Positions 1 to 9,037 of a stretch of 64,000 nucleotides of DNA are shown in pieces. This DNA is from an uncultured Novosphingobium sp. Its GTDB lineage: Bacteria > Pseudomonadota > Alphaproteobacteria > Sphingomonadales > Sphingomonadaceae. The stretch covers positions 47,595-111,594 of the forward strand of contig CAYPRK010000010.1 in NCBI GenBank assembly GCA_964413325.1, read 5' to 3'. Position numbers and translations under genes: made by a program. The stretch's first letter is position 1, and every line of letters starts with the position of its first letter. Below the pieces are notes generated by a model. That model worked only from the letters and a program-made list of their open reading frames with translations. It was not told the origin of the DNA and ran no database searches.

Positions 1-447
1 CCCGAGACCGGCGGCACCAGCATCGACGAGGCGGCCGGGGCCAAGACAAGCAACGGCATCGGCGTGCGTATCGTTCCGCGCTTCGGCATTTCGATCCCGG
101 TGATCGTGCGGGTGGGCGAGACGACACTGACTGCCGGGCTCAAGGACCTGAAGCTCACCGCGCAGCCGGGCAGCCCGACGGCCCTTGCGCTCACGATTAC
201 GCGCGAAGGCACCCGCTCGGCCTTCGGCGATATCACGATCACTGCTCCCGGCGCGAAGAAGCCGGTGGCCGAAATCAAGGGCATCGGCGTCTACACCGAG
301 ATCGCCGAGCGCGCGGTGCAGGTGCTGATCGATCCCGCGACGGAGCCACGCTTCCTCGCCAAGGGCACGCGCTGGACAGTGAGCTATATCGATGACGACA
401 TGTCACCCGGCAAAGTGCTCGCGCGGCAGGAATTCATCGTGCCGTGA
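1..447 (+). CDS. Fimbrial/pilus periplasmic chaperone, C-terminal part (5' end lies outside the window)
   Basis: Frame is open from base 1. The 'GVRIVPRFGISIPVIVRVG' strand and following Ig-like segment resemble chaperone-usher chaperones. Its stop overlaps (GTGA) the start of the usher-like gene. Confidence 0.65.
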   Translation, partial: PETGGTSIDEAAGAKTSNGIGVRIVPRFGISIPVIVRVGETTLTAGLKDLKLTAQPGSPTALALTITREGTRSAFGDITITAPGAKKPVAEIKGIGVYTEIAERAVQVLIDPATEPRFLAKGTRWTVSYIDDDMSPGKVLARQEFIVP

Positions 448-3400
448 CCGACCGGGGGGGTGGGCACGACACGCGCGTACCATCCGGGTCGTGGCAGGCC
501 CTGCTGGGGGCGACGCTGGTCATCACGGGCGATGGCATCGCGGCTTTTGCGGCGGACATTGCGCGCCCAGCCGGGCCTGCCTCCCCGGTCTCGGCACGGC
601 CCACCTACAAGGCGGCGCAGGCGCGGGGGCTGCCGCGCCCCTGCTTCGGCAAGCAGGCAGCGCGCCGCTCTGCAGGCCACAAGGCCCGCCATCGCAAGCG
701 CATCCGCCACCAATGCACGATCAAATCGGCGCATCGCAAGAAGAAGCGGCATGGCTCCAGCCAAGCAAAGACGCATCCGCCGGGCCACGCCGCGCGGCAG
801 TTGAGCGCCCTCCCTCAGCCGCATTTTGGTGTAGCCGGAGCCGCCACCCGTCCGGCCGGCAAGGTTAGACTCGAAAAGGCCAGACTCGAAAAAGCGCGGC
901 TCGAAAAGGCGCGGCTCGAAAAGGCGCGGCTCGAAAAGGCGCGGCTCGAAAAGGCCAGGCTCGCAAAGGCGAGACGCGAAAAAGGCAGGCTTGCAAAAGC
1001 GCCAGACAACCATACTTCCACCGGGCGCGATGCCCTGCCATCGGTGCTGGCATGGAGCCCATGGAGCGCCGATCTGGAGCGCGATCCGCAAGCAGATCCA
1101 CCCGCCGCTGTACCTGCGGCGGCTGCCAGCGCATTGGCTGCGCTCCCGCCCCAGCCCGCCCCTTTGCCGCCAGGCCCTTCGCGCGCCAGCGACGAGGATT
1201 TTCTCGCCAGCCGCACCGCCAGTTACACAGGCGACACCATCTATCGCAGCGCGGCCGAAGCAATGGTCGCGCTGGGCGAGATGGAGGCCAATGACCGCGA
1301 TTTCGTGCTCTATGCTCGCGCGGCCGCCCCCGCTCTGCCCGAACCCCGACAGGCCGCCGAAATTGCCCCTGCGGAACTGGCTACTGCGCAACCGCTGCCA
1401 ACGCCAAACTTCGGCCCGCCTGCCGTTCTTCCATCGCCGCTGCCCGCAGAACCGCTGCCGCCCCCGAAACCGGCGCCGGACGCCGAACTCCCGCCGCTCC
1501 CCGCTGCTGCCGTCACAACGGACGCCCTTCCTGATTCAGCGCCCGCACTTGCTGACAGACATCCCGTGGTGGCGGCTCCGGTGGCTGCGCTTGCCCCACC
1601 TGCGCAGGAACCGGCACCGCACATGCTGGCAGAGGCACTGCCGGTTCCTGCTTTCGGCGGTGCACCCCCGTCCGCGTTAGCGCCCTCCCGGTCGGCTACC
1701 GCACCGCCGCAGAAACGCCTTGCCTATGCACCTGCCGGGTTGCCGCTCACGCCGGTCGCGACCTCCTTTGCCGTGCCTGCGGCGGCCGCCACGGCGAGTC
1801 TCGCAACCAGCCGCGGTGCGCTGCCCGCGCCAACCTTCGGCATCCCCGAGTCCGCCCAGAAGCCCGCCCCAAAGCCCGGCCTCACCGCCTCGCCGCTCCG
1901 CGCCAATGTCACCGATCAGGCCGGTCTTGGCGCGGCAACGAAAGCGCCGGTGATCAGCGAGGACGACGAACTCATCCTCCAGATCGAGACGTCGCAGGGC
2001 GAGATGAGCGACACGATCGTCGCTTATGGCCTGCGCCAGGGCGTTTATCTGCCGCTCGGTGCGCTGACCCGCTTCCTCGACCTGCCCATCGCGGTGAGCG
2101 ACGAAGGGCACTACGCAAGCGGCTGGTTTCTGAACGAAAAACGTACAATCGCGCTCAACTTGCGCGATGGTACGCTGGTTGTTGCAGGCAAGGCGATCCC
2201 GCTCGGCAAGGGCGATGCGGTGGCCTACGAAGGCGAGCTGTATCTCAAGGCCGAGCGCTTTTCCGATCTCTTCCCGCTCGATCTCAAGGTCGATCTGCGC
2301 GCGCAGACGATTGCGGTGAAGACGCGCGAGCCCTTCCCTTTCGAGGAGCGGCTGGCGCGCGAGGCGGACCGCGAGCAGCTGGCCTCACGCTCCAACAAGG
2401 AAGCACCCTCCCGCTTCCCGCGTGAGGAAACGCCGTGGCGCGCGCTTTCCGTGCCCGTCGGCGAAACCGAACTGCGCGCGCTGACCGACGACGATCTCGG
2501 CGCGCGGGTGGAAGCGGACTTGCGTCTGGCCGGCGATCTCGCCTTCATGACGGCGCGGGCCTATGCCAGCGTCTCGAGCCGTGACGGACTCACTGCCGCG
2601 CGCCTCGAAATGGGTCGGCGCGATCCGGATGGCGATCTGCTCGGGCCGCTCAAGGCCACCGAATTCCAGATCGGCGATGTCGCGACAGGGGCGCTGCCGA
2701 TCGGCCTGCGCGGGGTCAGCGGGCGCGGCGCTTTCGTCACCAATGCGCCGCTGGAGCAGGCCTCGATCTTCGATTCCGTCGATCTGCGCGGCGATCTGCT
2801 CGACGGCTACGAAGTCGAGCTGTATCGCAACAACACGCTGATCGGATCGACCCGCACGCCGGTGAACGGGCAATATGCCTTCCTGCAAGTGCCGGTCGAT
2901 TTCGGGCTCAACGTGTTCCGCCTCGTGTTCTACGGGCCGCAGGGCCAGCGCCGCGAAGTGGTGCGCAAGATCAGCGTGGGCGATGGCCGCCTCGCGCCCG
3001 GCCAGTTCATCTACAGCTTCGGCGCGGCGCAGAAGGACACCAACCTGTTCGGCGTGCGCAGCCCGCGCTTCAGCCCCGCCCCCGATTTCGGCGCATGGCG
3101 CGCGACGGCGGAGCTGGGCTACGGCATTTCCCGCACGCTCACCGCCACGCTCGGCGCGGCGAGCTGGGACAGCGGCAGCAAGCACCACTGGCTCGCCACG
3201 ACGGGTCTGCGCAGCGGCATCGGCGCGACGGCGCTGCGGCTCGACCTTGGCCTGCAGGACGGCGGCGGGACGACGGTCGAAGTCGGCCTTGGCGGCAAGC
3301 TTTTCGGCATCGGCTATAGCGCCACCCACGCCGAGTACGGCGGCGGCGCGATCGACGAAGTGCGGGCCTTCACCGCCGATCCGCTGCGCCGCGCGAGCGA

Positions 3401-4538
3401 GTTCAACCTCAACACCACGCTGCATTTCGGATCGGGCCTCAATGCGCGGGTTCTGCCGATCACCGGCCAGTTGCGCCGGCTCGAATTCGCCGATGGCCGC
3501 CGCCAGATCGATGCAGCGCTGCGCACGACCCTGCCGATGGGCAGCCTGCTGCTCTCCAATACGCTCGACTACAACCGCGTCGGCGGGCCGAGCACGCCAG
3601 CCACGAGCCGCCTGCTCGGCAATTTCGATCTCGCCACGCTGTCAGGCTCGAAGATGCGCTTCCGAGCGGGGCTCGGCTATGCCGTGCTGCCCACGGTCAA
3701 GCTGCAGACGGTCACGCTCGAAGCCGACCGGCGCTTTGGGGAGAACATGCTGCTGCGCGGGGGGGTGACCCACACGCTGACGGACAACCAGACCACGCTT
3801 GGCCTTTCCGCGATCCGCCGTGTCGGCCCGGTCAACCTTGCGTTCGACGGGGCCTATGGCTTTCCGCGGCGCAATTTCTCGGTCGCGCTGCGGGTGGGTT
3901 TCAGCTTCGGGCGCAATCCGCTGTCCGGGCACGCCTTCCTCGCGCGGCCGGGGCTGACCAGCGGCGGGGCGGCGGCAGTGACCGCGTTTGCCGATGCCAA
4001 TGCCAACGGCGTGCGCGATCCGGGCGAAGGCCCCGTCGCGGGTGTCACCTTCCTTTCGGGCACCCACGAAAGCCGCACCGATGCGCAAGGCCGCGCGCTG
4101 ATCCCCGGCCTTGGCGACGGCGCGCGGGCCTCTGTCCGGGTGGACAGCGATTCCATGCCCGACATCGCGCTCGCCCCGGCACGCGCCGGTATCGAGATCG
4201 TGCCGCGCCCCGGCCGCATCCACACCAGCGATTTCGCGATCGTCACGCTGAGCGACATCGAAGGCACTGCCTATTTCCGCGCGGCGACCGGCACCCGCGC
4301 CGTCTCGCGCCTCCAACTGCGGCTGCTCCGCCCCGATGGCAGCCTTGCCGCAAGGGCGCGCAGCGAATCCGACGGCTTCTTCCTGTTCGAGCGCCTGCCC
4401 GCCGGGGAGTACCGCCTCGAACTCGATCCGCAACAGGCCGCCTCGCTCAAGATCCGGCTCGAAGGCCCGGTCACCCTGACGCTGGGCGGCAAATCGAGTG
4501 TGCTGCGCCAATCGATCTATGTGAAATCGGCAAACTGA
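444..4538 (+). CDS. Outer-membrane fimbrial usher-like protein with long low-complexity N-terminal extension and C-terminal SdrD-B/CnaB (carboxypeptidase-regulatory-like) domains
   Basis: 1364 aa ORF. From ~aa 505 it has usher-like features ('VELYRNNTLIG', 'VPVDFGLNVFRLVFYGPQGQ', alternating beta-strands). The C-terminus has 'FADANANGVRDPGE' and 'GFFLFERLPAGEYRLELD'. It follows the chaperone gene. Confidence 0.7.
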   Translation: MTDRGGGHDTRVPSGSWQALLGATLVITGDGIAAFAADIARPAGPASPVSARPTYKAAQARGLPRPCFGKQAARRSAGHKARHRKRIRHQCTIKSAHRKKKRHGSSQAKTHPPGHAARQLSALPQPHFGVAGAATRPAGKVRLEKARLEKARLEKARLEKARLEKARLEKARLAKARREKGRLAKAPDNHTSTGRDALPSVLAWSPWSADLERDPQADPPAAVPAAAASALAALPPQPAPLPPGPSRASDEDFLASRTASYTGDTIYRSAAEAMVALGEMEANDRDFVLYARAAAPALPEPRQAAEIAPAELATAQPLPTPNFGPPAVLPSPLPAEPLPPPKPAPDAELPPLPAAAVTTDALPDSAPALADRHPVVAAPVAALAPPAQEPAPHMLAEALPVPAFGGAPPSALAPSRSATAPPQKRLAYAPAGLPLTPVATSFAVPAAAATASLATSRGALPAPTFGIPESAQKPAPKPGLTASPLRANVTDQAGLGAATKAPVISEDDELILQIETSQGEMSDTIVAYGLRQGVYLPLGALTRFLDLPIAVSDEGHYASGWFLNEKRTIALNLRDGTLVVAGKAIPLGKGDAVAYEGELYLKAERFSDLFPLDLKVDLRAQTIAVKTREPFPFEERLAREADREQLASRSNKEAPSRFPREETPWRALSVPVGETELRALTDDDLGARVEADLRLAGDLAFMTARAYASVSSRDGLTAARLEMGRRDPDGDLLGPLKATEFQIGDVATGALPIGLRGVSGRGAFVTNAPLEQASIFDSVDLRGDLLDGYEVELYRNNTLIGSTRTPVNGQYAFLQVPVDFGLNVFRLVFYGPQGQRREVVRKISVGDGRLAPGQFIYSFGAAQKDTNLFGVRSPRFSPAPDFGAWRATAELGYGISRTLTATLGAASWDSGSKHHWLATTGLRSGIGATALRLDLGLQDGGGTTVEVGLGGKLFGIGYSATHAEYGGGAIDEVRAFTADPLRRASEFNLNTTLHFGSGLNARVLPITGQLRRLEFADGRRQIDAALRTTLPMGSLLLSNTLDYNRVGGPSTPATSRLLGNFDLATLSGSKMRFRAGLGYAVLPTVKLQTVTLEADRRFGENMLLRGGVTHTLTDNQTTLGLSAIRRVGPVNLAFDGAYGFPRRNFSVALRVGFSFGRNPLSGHAFLARPGLTSGGAAAVTAFADANANGVRDPGEGPVAGVTFLSGTHESRTDAQGRALIPGLGDGARASVRVDSDSMPDIALAPARAGIEIVPRPGRIHTSDFAIVTLSDIEGTAYFRAATGTRAVSRLQLRLLRPDGSLAARARSESDGFFLFERLPAGEYRLELDPQQAASLKIRLEGPVTLTLGGKSSVLRQSIYVKSAN
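867..1001 (+). repeat. In-frame 15-bp tandem repeat, 9 units, encoding (RLEKA)x6-RLAKA-RREKG-RLAKA
   Basis: Units read directly: agactcgaaaaggcc, agactcgaaaaagcg, cggctcgaaaaggcg x3, cggctcgaaaaggcc, aggctcgcaaaggcg, agacgcgaaaaaggc, aggcttgcaaaagcg. Confidence 0.95.
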
Positions 4539-4573
4539 CCTTCCCCTGCGGGCAAATATCTCTACCGTTCCGC

Positions 4574-5932
4574 TTGATGCAGTCCGCGCCAGAATTCCCG
4601 CAACACCACCAGCCCAAGCGCATGCTGAGCACCACCGCCGCCGCCGCCGTCGTAATGGGCATGGTGATCGGCGCGGGCATTTTCCGCACGCCGCAGCTGG
4701 TGGCGCAAAGCCTTGGCGGTGAAGGCGCGCTGATGCTGGCCTGGGCGCTGGGCGGCGTTTTTGCGCTGATCGGTGCGCTATGTTATGCAGAACTCTCCGC
4801 CGCTTACCCGGATACCGGCGGCGATTACCGCTTCCTGCGCGAGGCGTTCGGCGGCGATGCCGCGTGGCTTTTCGCATGGTCGCGCTTTGCGGTGATCTTC
4901 TCCGCATCGGGCGCGCTGCTGGCTTTCGTCGGTATCGACTACCTCGCCGAACTCGTGCCGATGGGCACGATGACCCGCGCCTTGGTGGCGGGCAGCATGG
5001 TCATCCTGCTCACCGCGCTGAACTTGCGCGGGGTGCAAACGGGCACGCGCGCGCAGATCGCGATGGTGGCGATGGATGTCGCCGCGCTGCTGGCGCTGGG
5101 CGGCGCGGCGCTGTGGCTTGCGCACCTCGGCATGGCGCCGCAGCAGGTTGCGACGGGCGCCGTCGCCCCTGTCAGCCCGGCAGCGTTCGGGCAATCGATG
5201 GTGTTCATCATGCTGGCCTATGGCGGCTTCAACGATGCCTCCACGCTCTCTGCCGAAGTGCGCACTCCGCGCGACATGACGCGCGCGCTGTTTGGCGGGA
5301 TGGTGCTGATCACCGCGCTCTACATGATCGCCAACTGGGCCTATGTGCGCGGGCTGGGCATGGTGGGCCTTGCCAGCAGCGAAGCCCCAGCCGCCGCGCT
5401 GATGGCGCGCGCGTTCGGACCGGCAGGCGAAGCGGTGATCGTGGTCTGCGTCGCGATTGCCGCGTTTTCGGTACTCAATGCGCTGATCATCGTCGGCGGG
5501 CGGACGCTCTATACGGCGGCGGAAGACGAGCCCGCGCTCGCCGCCCTCGCGCAGTGGGACCAGAGCCGGGGCGTGCCGCGTGCGGCGATCCTTGTGCAGA
5601 CGGCGGTCGAACTGGCGCTGATCGCATGGGGTGCCGCTTCGGGCCGGGGCTTTGCGACGATGGTCGACTACCTCTCGCCGATCTACTGGCTGTTCCTGAC
5701 GATGAGCGGGCTCGCCGTCGTCGTCCTGCGGCGCCGCCAGCCGGAGGTGGAACGCCCCTACAAGGTGCCGCTTTACCCGGTGCTACCGCTGATCTTCGCC
5801 GCCGCTTGCGCTGGCGTGCTCTATAGCAGCGTGGTCTATGTCGGCTGGTCAGGCTGCCTGATCAGCTTCGGCGTGCTCGCGCTGGGCTTCGTGGTGCGCA
5901 CGGCGCTGCGGATGATGGTCAAGCCGGCGTGA
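4574..5932 (+). CDS. APC-family amino acid permease
   Basis: 452 aa with about 12 hydrophobic segments; 'MVIGAGIFRTP', 'YAELSAAYPDTGGDY', 'AYGGFNDA' and 'ERPYKVPLYP' match APC/LAT-type motifs. Confidence 0.9.
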   Translation: MMQSAPEFPQHHQPKRMLSTTAAAAVVMGMVIGAGIFRTPQLVAQSLGGEGALMLAWALGGVFALIGALCYAELSAAYPDTGGDYRFLREAFGGDAAWLFAWSRFAVIFSASGALLAFVGIDYLAELVPMGTMTRALVAGSMVILLTALNLRGVQTGTRAQIAMVAMDVAALLALGGAALWLAHLGMAPQQVATGAVAPVSPAAFGQSMVFIMLAYGGFNDASTLSAEVRTPRDMTRALFGGMVLITALYMIANWAYVRGLGMVGLASSEAPAAALMARAFGPAGEAVIVVCVAIAAFSVLNALIIVGGRTLYTAAEDEPALAALAQWDQSRGVPRAAILVQTAVELALIAWGAASGRGFATMVDYLSPIYWLFLTMSGLAVVVLRRRQPEVERPYKVPLYPVLPLIFAAACAGVLYSSVVYVGWSGCLISFGVLALGFVVRTALRMMVKPA

Positions 5933-5937
5933 CGGCT

Positions 5938-5963
5938 GACCGGGCAGGTTCCCCTGCCCGGTC
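5938..5963. terminator. 11-bp hairpin between convergent genes (probable bidirectional terminator)
   Basis: gaccgggcagg-ttcc-cctgcccggtc between the permease stop and the export-lipoprotein stop. No U-tract. Confidence 0.6.
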
Positions 5964-5969
5964 CTGCGC

Positions 5970-7178
5970 TCAATAGCTGTAGGCGTTGATCGAACTGCGC
6001 TTGAAGATCGCGGTAACCGAATTGAGCAGCTGGGCCAGCTTGCCGATCTGCACCGAGTCCGATGTCGAGACGTAGACAAGGTCCTGATCGCGCATCTGGA
6101 ACGACTGCGCGAGCATCATGCCCTCGGCCGACTTGAAGTTGACGTGGTAGACCACCGGCACGGTATCACCCAGCGTCAGGTAATCCGGCAGCGCGGTCGT
6201 GCGCAGCTTCTTCGCTATGTCGGCCTGCTCGTAGCGCAGCACATAGACGCCTGCCGGATCGGCCTGCTTGTCGATGAGACCGCCGCCGTTGCCGATCGCC
6301 TCGGCCAGCGTCAGGCGGGCCTTGCCGAAGTAGACTTCGCTCTGCTTGTTGGTCGCACCGAGCACGACGACGCTCTGCGGTTCGTGATCGAGCGTGACGA
6401 GATCACCCGGGCGCAGGAAGATGTTCTGCGTGGGATCGCGCAGCACCGCCGACATGCGCAGCGAACGGACCTGACCGCCGCGGGTGAGCTGCACCAGCAT
6501 CTCGCGCGCCTTGCCTGTCGTGCCGCCCGCCGTGGCAACGGCGTCGAGCAGCCGAGTGCCGCTGAGCGCCAGCGGGAAGCGACCGGGCTTGGACACGTCG
6601 CCAGTGACGGTGACGGCGTTGTCGACGGTCTGGACGACCTGGACCAGCGCCTGCGTCTCGTTCGCCTTGCCGCGCAAGGCCTTGATGATATCAGCCTGGA
6701 CCTGACGCGGCGTGCGCCCGGCAGCTTTGACCTCGCCCACAAAGGGGACGATGATCGTGCCGGACTGATCGACCGTCTGGTTCGGCACGGTGGCCGATTG
6801 CGCACCGCTCAGACCGACCGGGGCCTGACCATTGGGGTACTGGTTCACGGGTCCGAGCAGGCCGCTGCCAAACTCCCAGAGCGTGACCGAAACGGTATCG
6901 CCGATGTGAATCGTGCCCTGCGGGACCACTTCTGGAGTGGTCAGCGGCGAAAGATCGTCACCGACCTTGCCGACGAGCGCGGTCAGCACGAGGCGGTCAA
7001 CCGGGACCATCATGAACGGCGCGTTGTCAGCCGATTCCCGGTCGATCGCCTGCAGCGAAGGGCCTTGCGCGGGCATCGCCGCGCAGCCGCCGAGGGCCAG
7101 TGCCAGGCTGGCGACGGCGGCGGCCCTGAGCAATGGGCCGCGCAGCGGTGAGGTGCGGTGGGCGGACGGTTCAATCAT
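5970..7178 (-). CDS. Polysaccharide export outer-membrane lipoprotein (Wza/KpsD/BexD/CtrA family)
   Basis: Lipobox 'LALGGC'; Poly_export motif 'VDQSGTIIVPFVGEVKAAGRTP'; SLBB repeats ('VTVTGDVSKPGRFPL', 'LTLAEAIGNGGG'); 'FQMRDQDLVYVS'. Start set at MIEPS (GTG at 7184 is an alternative). Confidence 0.9.
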   Translation of the reverse strand: MIEPSAHRTSPLRGPLLRAAAVASLALALGGCAAMPAQGPSLQAIDRESADNAPFMMVPVDRLVLTALVGKVGDDLSPLTTPEVVPQGTIHIGDTVSVTLWEFGSGLLGPVNQYPNGQAPVGLSGAQSATVPNQTVDQSGTIIVPFVGEVKAAGRTPRQVQADIIKALRGKANETQALVQVVQTVDNAVTVTGDVSKPGRFPLALSGTRLLDAVATAGGTTGKAREMLVQLTRGGQVRSLRMSAVLRDPTQNIFLRPGDLVTLDHEPQSVVVLGATNKQSEVYFGKARLTLAEAIGNGGGLIDKQADPAGVYVLRYEQADIAKKLRTTALPDYLTLGDTVPVVYHVNFKSAEGMMLAQSFQMRDQDLVYVSTSDSVQIGKLAQLLNSVTAIFKRSSINAYSY

Positions 7179-7282
7179 GTTCACGGCGGACCTCGGAGTC
7201 TGATGGACAAGTGCGATGGGCTCCGCACGCCGGCGCATGGCCTTCGGGAAACCCGGACGAAACGATGGGCGGCGCGGCGCGG

Positions 7283-9028
7283 TCATACGCGCTGGAGCCG
7301 GTTGAGCGGACGGGGCGAGCCGTTTGCGGTCGCGGGCCGCACGGCGGGAGCCTTGCCGACACCAGCGGCCGGCTGCCGACCGGGTGTAGCAGGCGCGGGC
7401 CCAGCGGCCGGAGCCGTCTCGCGGCTCCGCCACAGCTTGAGGTTCTGCAGCCGCTCGGTCTGCGCCGGATTGCCCGGTTCGACCCGCGCGAGAATGCTCT
7501 CGGCCTCCTCGTGCCGGTCCTGCGTGCGCAGCACTTCGGCGTAATCAAGCAAGGTCCGCGGCTCATCATCGGCAAGGGTCAGCGCGACCTGAAACAGCGC
7601 TTCGGCTTCCTCGTTCAAGCCGCGCGCCGAACAGGCCAGCGCCAGCCGGCGATAGGGCTCGGGCGTGCGCACGCTGAATTCGGACCACGCGCGCGCGGCC
7701 TTGCGCGCACCCTCAAGGTCATCGGCGGCGATCAGCGCATCGAGACGCATCGACCAGTAGGTGTTCTTGACCGCCCGGCGCTGCGGCTCGCGCTCCAGCA
7801 GGAGCAGCGCCCGCTTGGCATTGCCCGCCGCCATCGCGATCCGGGCGCGCGCCAGCGTGATCTCGTCACCCGGGATCTGCCCGCGCATGAACGGCAGGGT
7901 CTTGGCGAGGAGGTCCATCCGGTTGACCTTGCCCGCCGCCGTGAACAGCGCGACTGCAAGATCAGGGTTGGCCTCGATCAGGTCGAACCGCTCACCCAGG
8001 GTGGCGATCACCGCCTGCGGGTTCTCGGCCATCGATTCCCGGATCGCCTCGACATCCAGCGTATCGGCGCCGACGTAGCCGCGCACCATGCGGCTGGTGT
8101 TGAGCTCGATCACACCCTTGGTCGGGTGAACCTGATCCGGCTCCAGCGCGTGCTGCCGTTCGGACAGCGTGACGCTCTCGTAGCTTGGGAAGTAATCGAC
8201 GAAATCGTGCGTGAGCGTGATCGCCTCGGCCACAGTGCGCAGGACCGCCTTGGAATAGGCGTTGGCGACCATCACGTCGTCTTCGCGGAAGGTGGCAGCA
8301 AGCGGAACCGGCGAAACGGTGAGGATCACGCGGACTTCGGGATGGCCATGCTCGCGGATCAGCGCCATCGTTTCGCGCATCGCGTCCCGCACTTCATCGT
8401 GGCTCAGCACATGGAGCTGGAAGCGCTCCGGAAACGCGCGGATCATCGAGCGGCGCGGCGCTGTGTTGAGGTAAATGCCGGTCTGCTTGTCAAACCAGCA
8501 TTCGGCGAGGCCGAGCGTGATGATCACCACTCGGCAATCGCGCAGCGCCTGATAGGCATTGAGGATAGCCCGCCGCCGCGCACGGACAACCTCGATCGGC
8601 GCCGGCTTCAGCGCGTGGTTGAGATGCACGTCGATGAACTTGTCATCGTATATCTCGAAGAAGGCCTGCTCTTCGGAAAAGCTGTGCTGGGGATCGAGCG
8701 CCCAGCGGATCTCGTTGAGAATGGCAGGCGCGCCATAGTTGTTGAGGATGTTGTGACCGATGCGGCCAAATTCCGGATCGGCGCGGATGATATCGCGCGT
8801 CGGGATCAGGAAACCCTGGCTTTCCAGCACCTTCTCGATGTTGCGCGCGAAGCATGAGCCGATCGTGAAGATCCGCTCGCCCGCAGAGAAGCGGAACGAG
8901 GGCCGGAAGCCGGGCCGGGCGAGCGGCTCGAGCCGGTTGCCCAGTTCGCCGCGCCCGGGCCACGACGAGGCGGAGTTGGCCTTGACGTTGACCATGGCTT
9001 CATCGCCGGAAAGAACCAGCAGCGGCAT
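7283..9028 (-). CDS. GSCFA-domain protein (SGNH-like) with C-terminal TPR-like repeats
   Basis: 'IFTIGSCFARNIE', 'IITLGLAECW', 'ILTVSPVPL', 'YFPSYE' and 'DQVHP' are present. The helical Ala/Leu-rich C-terminus has TPR-like spacing. RBS TAGGAG lies 6 nt before the ATG at 9028. Confidence 0.85.
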   Translation of the reverse strand: MPLLVLSGDEAMVNVKANSASSWPGRGELGNRLEPLARPGFRPSFRFSAGERIFTIGSCFARNIEKVLESQGFLIPTRDIIRADPEFGRIGHNILNNYGAPAILNEIRWALDPQHSFSEEQAFFEIYDDKFIDVHLNHALKPAPIEVVRARRRAILNAYQALRDCRVVIITLGLAECWFDKQTGIYLNTAPRRSMIRAFPERFQLHVLSHDEVRDAMRETMALIREHGHPEVRVILTVSPVPLAATFREDDVMVANAYSKAVLRTVAEAITLTHDFVDYFPSYESVTLSERQHALEPDQVHPTKGVIELNTSRMVRGYVGADTLDVEAIRESMAENPQAVIATLGERFDLIEANPDLAVALFTAAGKVNRMDLLAKTLPFMRGQIPGDEITLARARIAMAAGNAKRALLLLEREPQRRAVKNTYWSMRLDALIAADDLEGARKAARAWSEFSVRTPEPYRRLALACSARGLNEEAEALFQVALTLADDEPRTLLDYAEVLRTQDRHEEAESILARVEPGNPAQTERLQNLKLWRSRETAPAAGPAPATPGRQPAAGVGKAPAVRPATANGSPRPLNRLQRV

Positions 9029-9037
9029 TCTGTTCTC

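Noticed and set aside
867-1001. Regularly spaced repeats as a possible CRISPR array
   Set aside because: Units are directly adjacent with no spacers, are 15 bp and in frame within a CDS, and no cas genes are present.
4574-5932. APC permease as a sulfur-compound importer feeding SqdB
   Set aside because: It is on the opposite strand, follows the usher operon, and nothing in the sequence indicates its substrate.
7133-8857. Long plus-strand ORFs opposite real genes (also 6144-7151, 11965-13401, 12830-14851, 16813-18471, 25931-28858, 37753-39075, 40120-41556, 60377-62842)
   Set aside because: Antisense shadows expected in high-GC DNA; they lack motifs and overlap genes with clear family signatures on the other strand.
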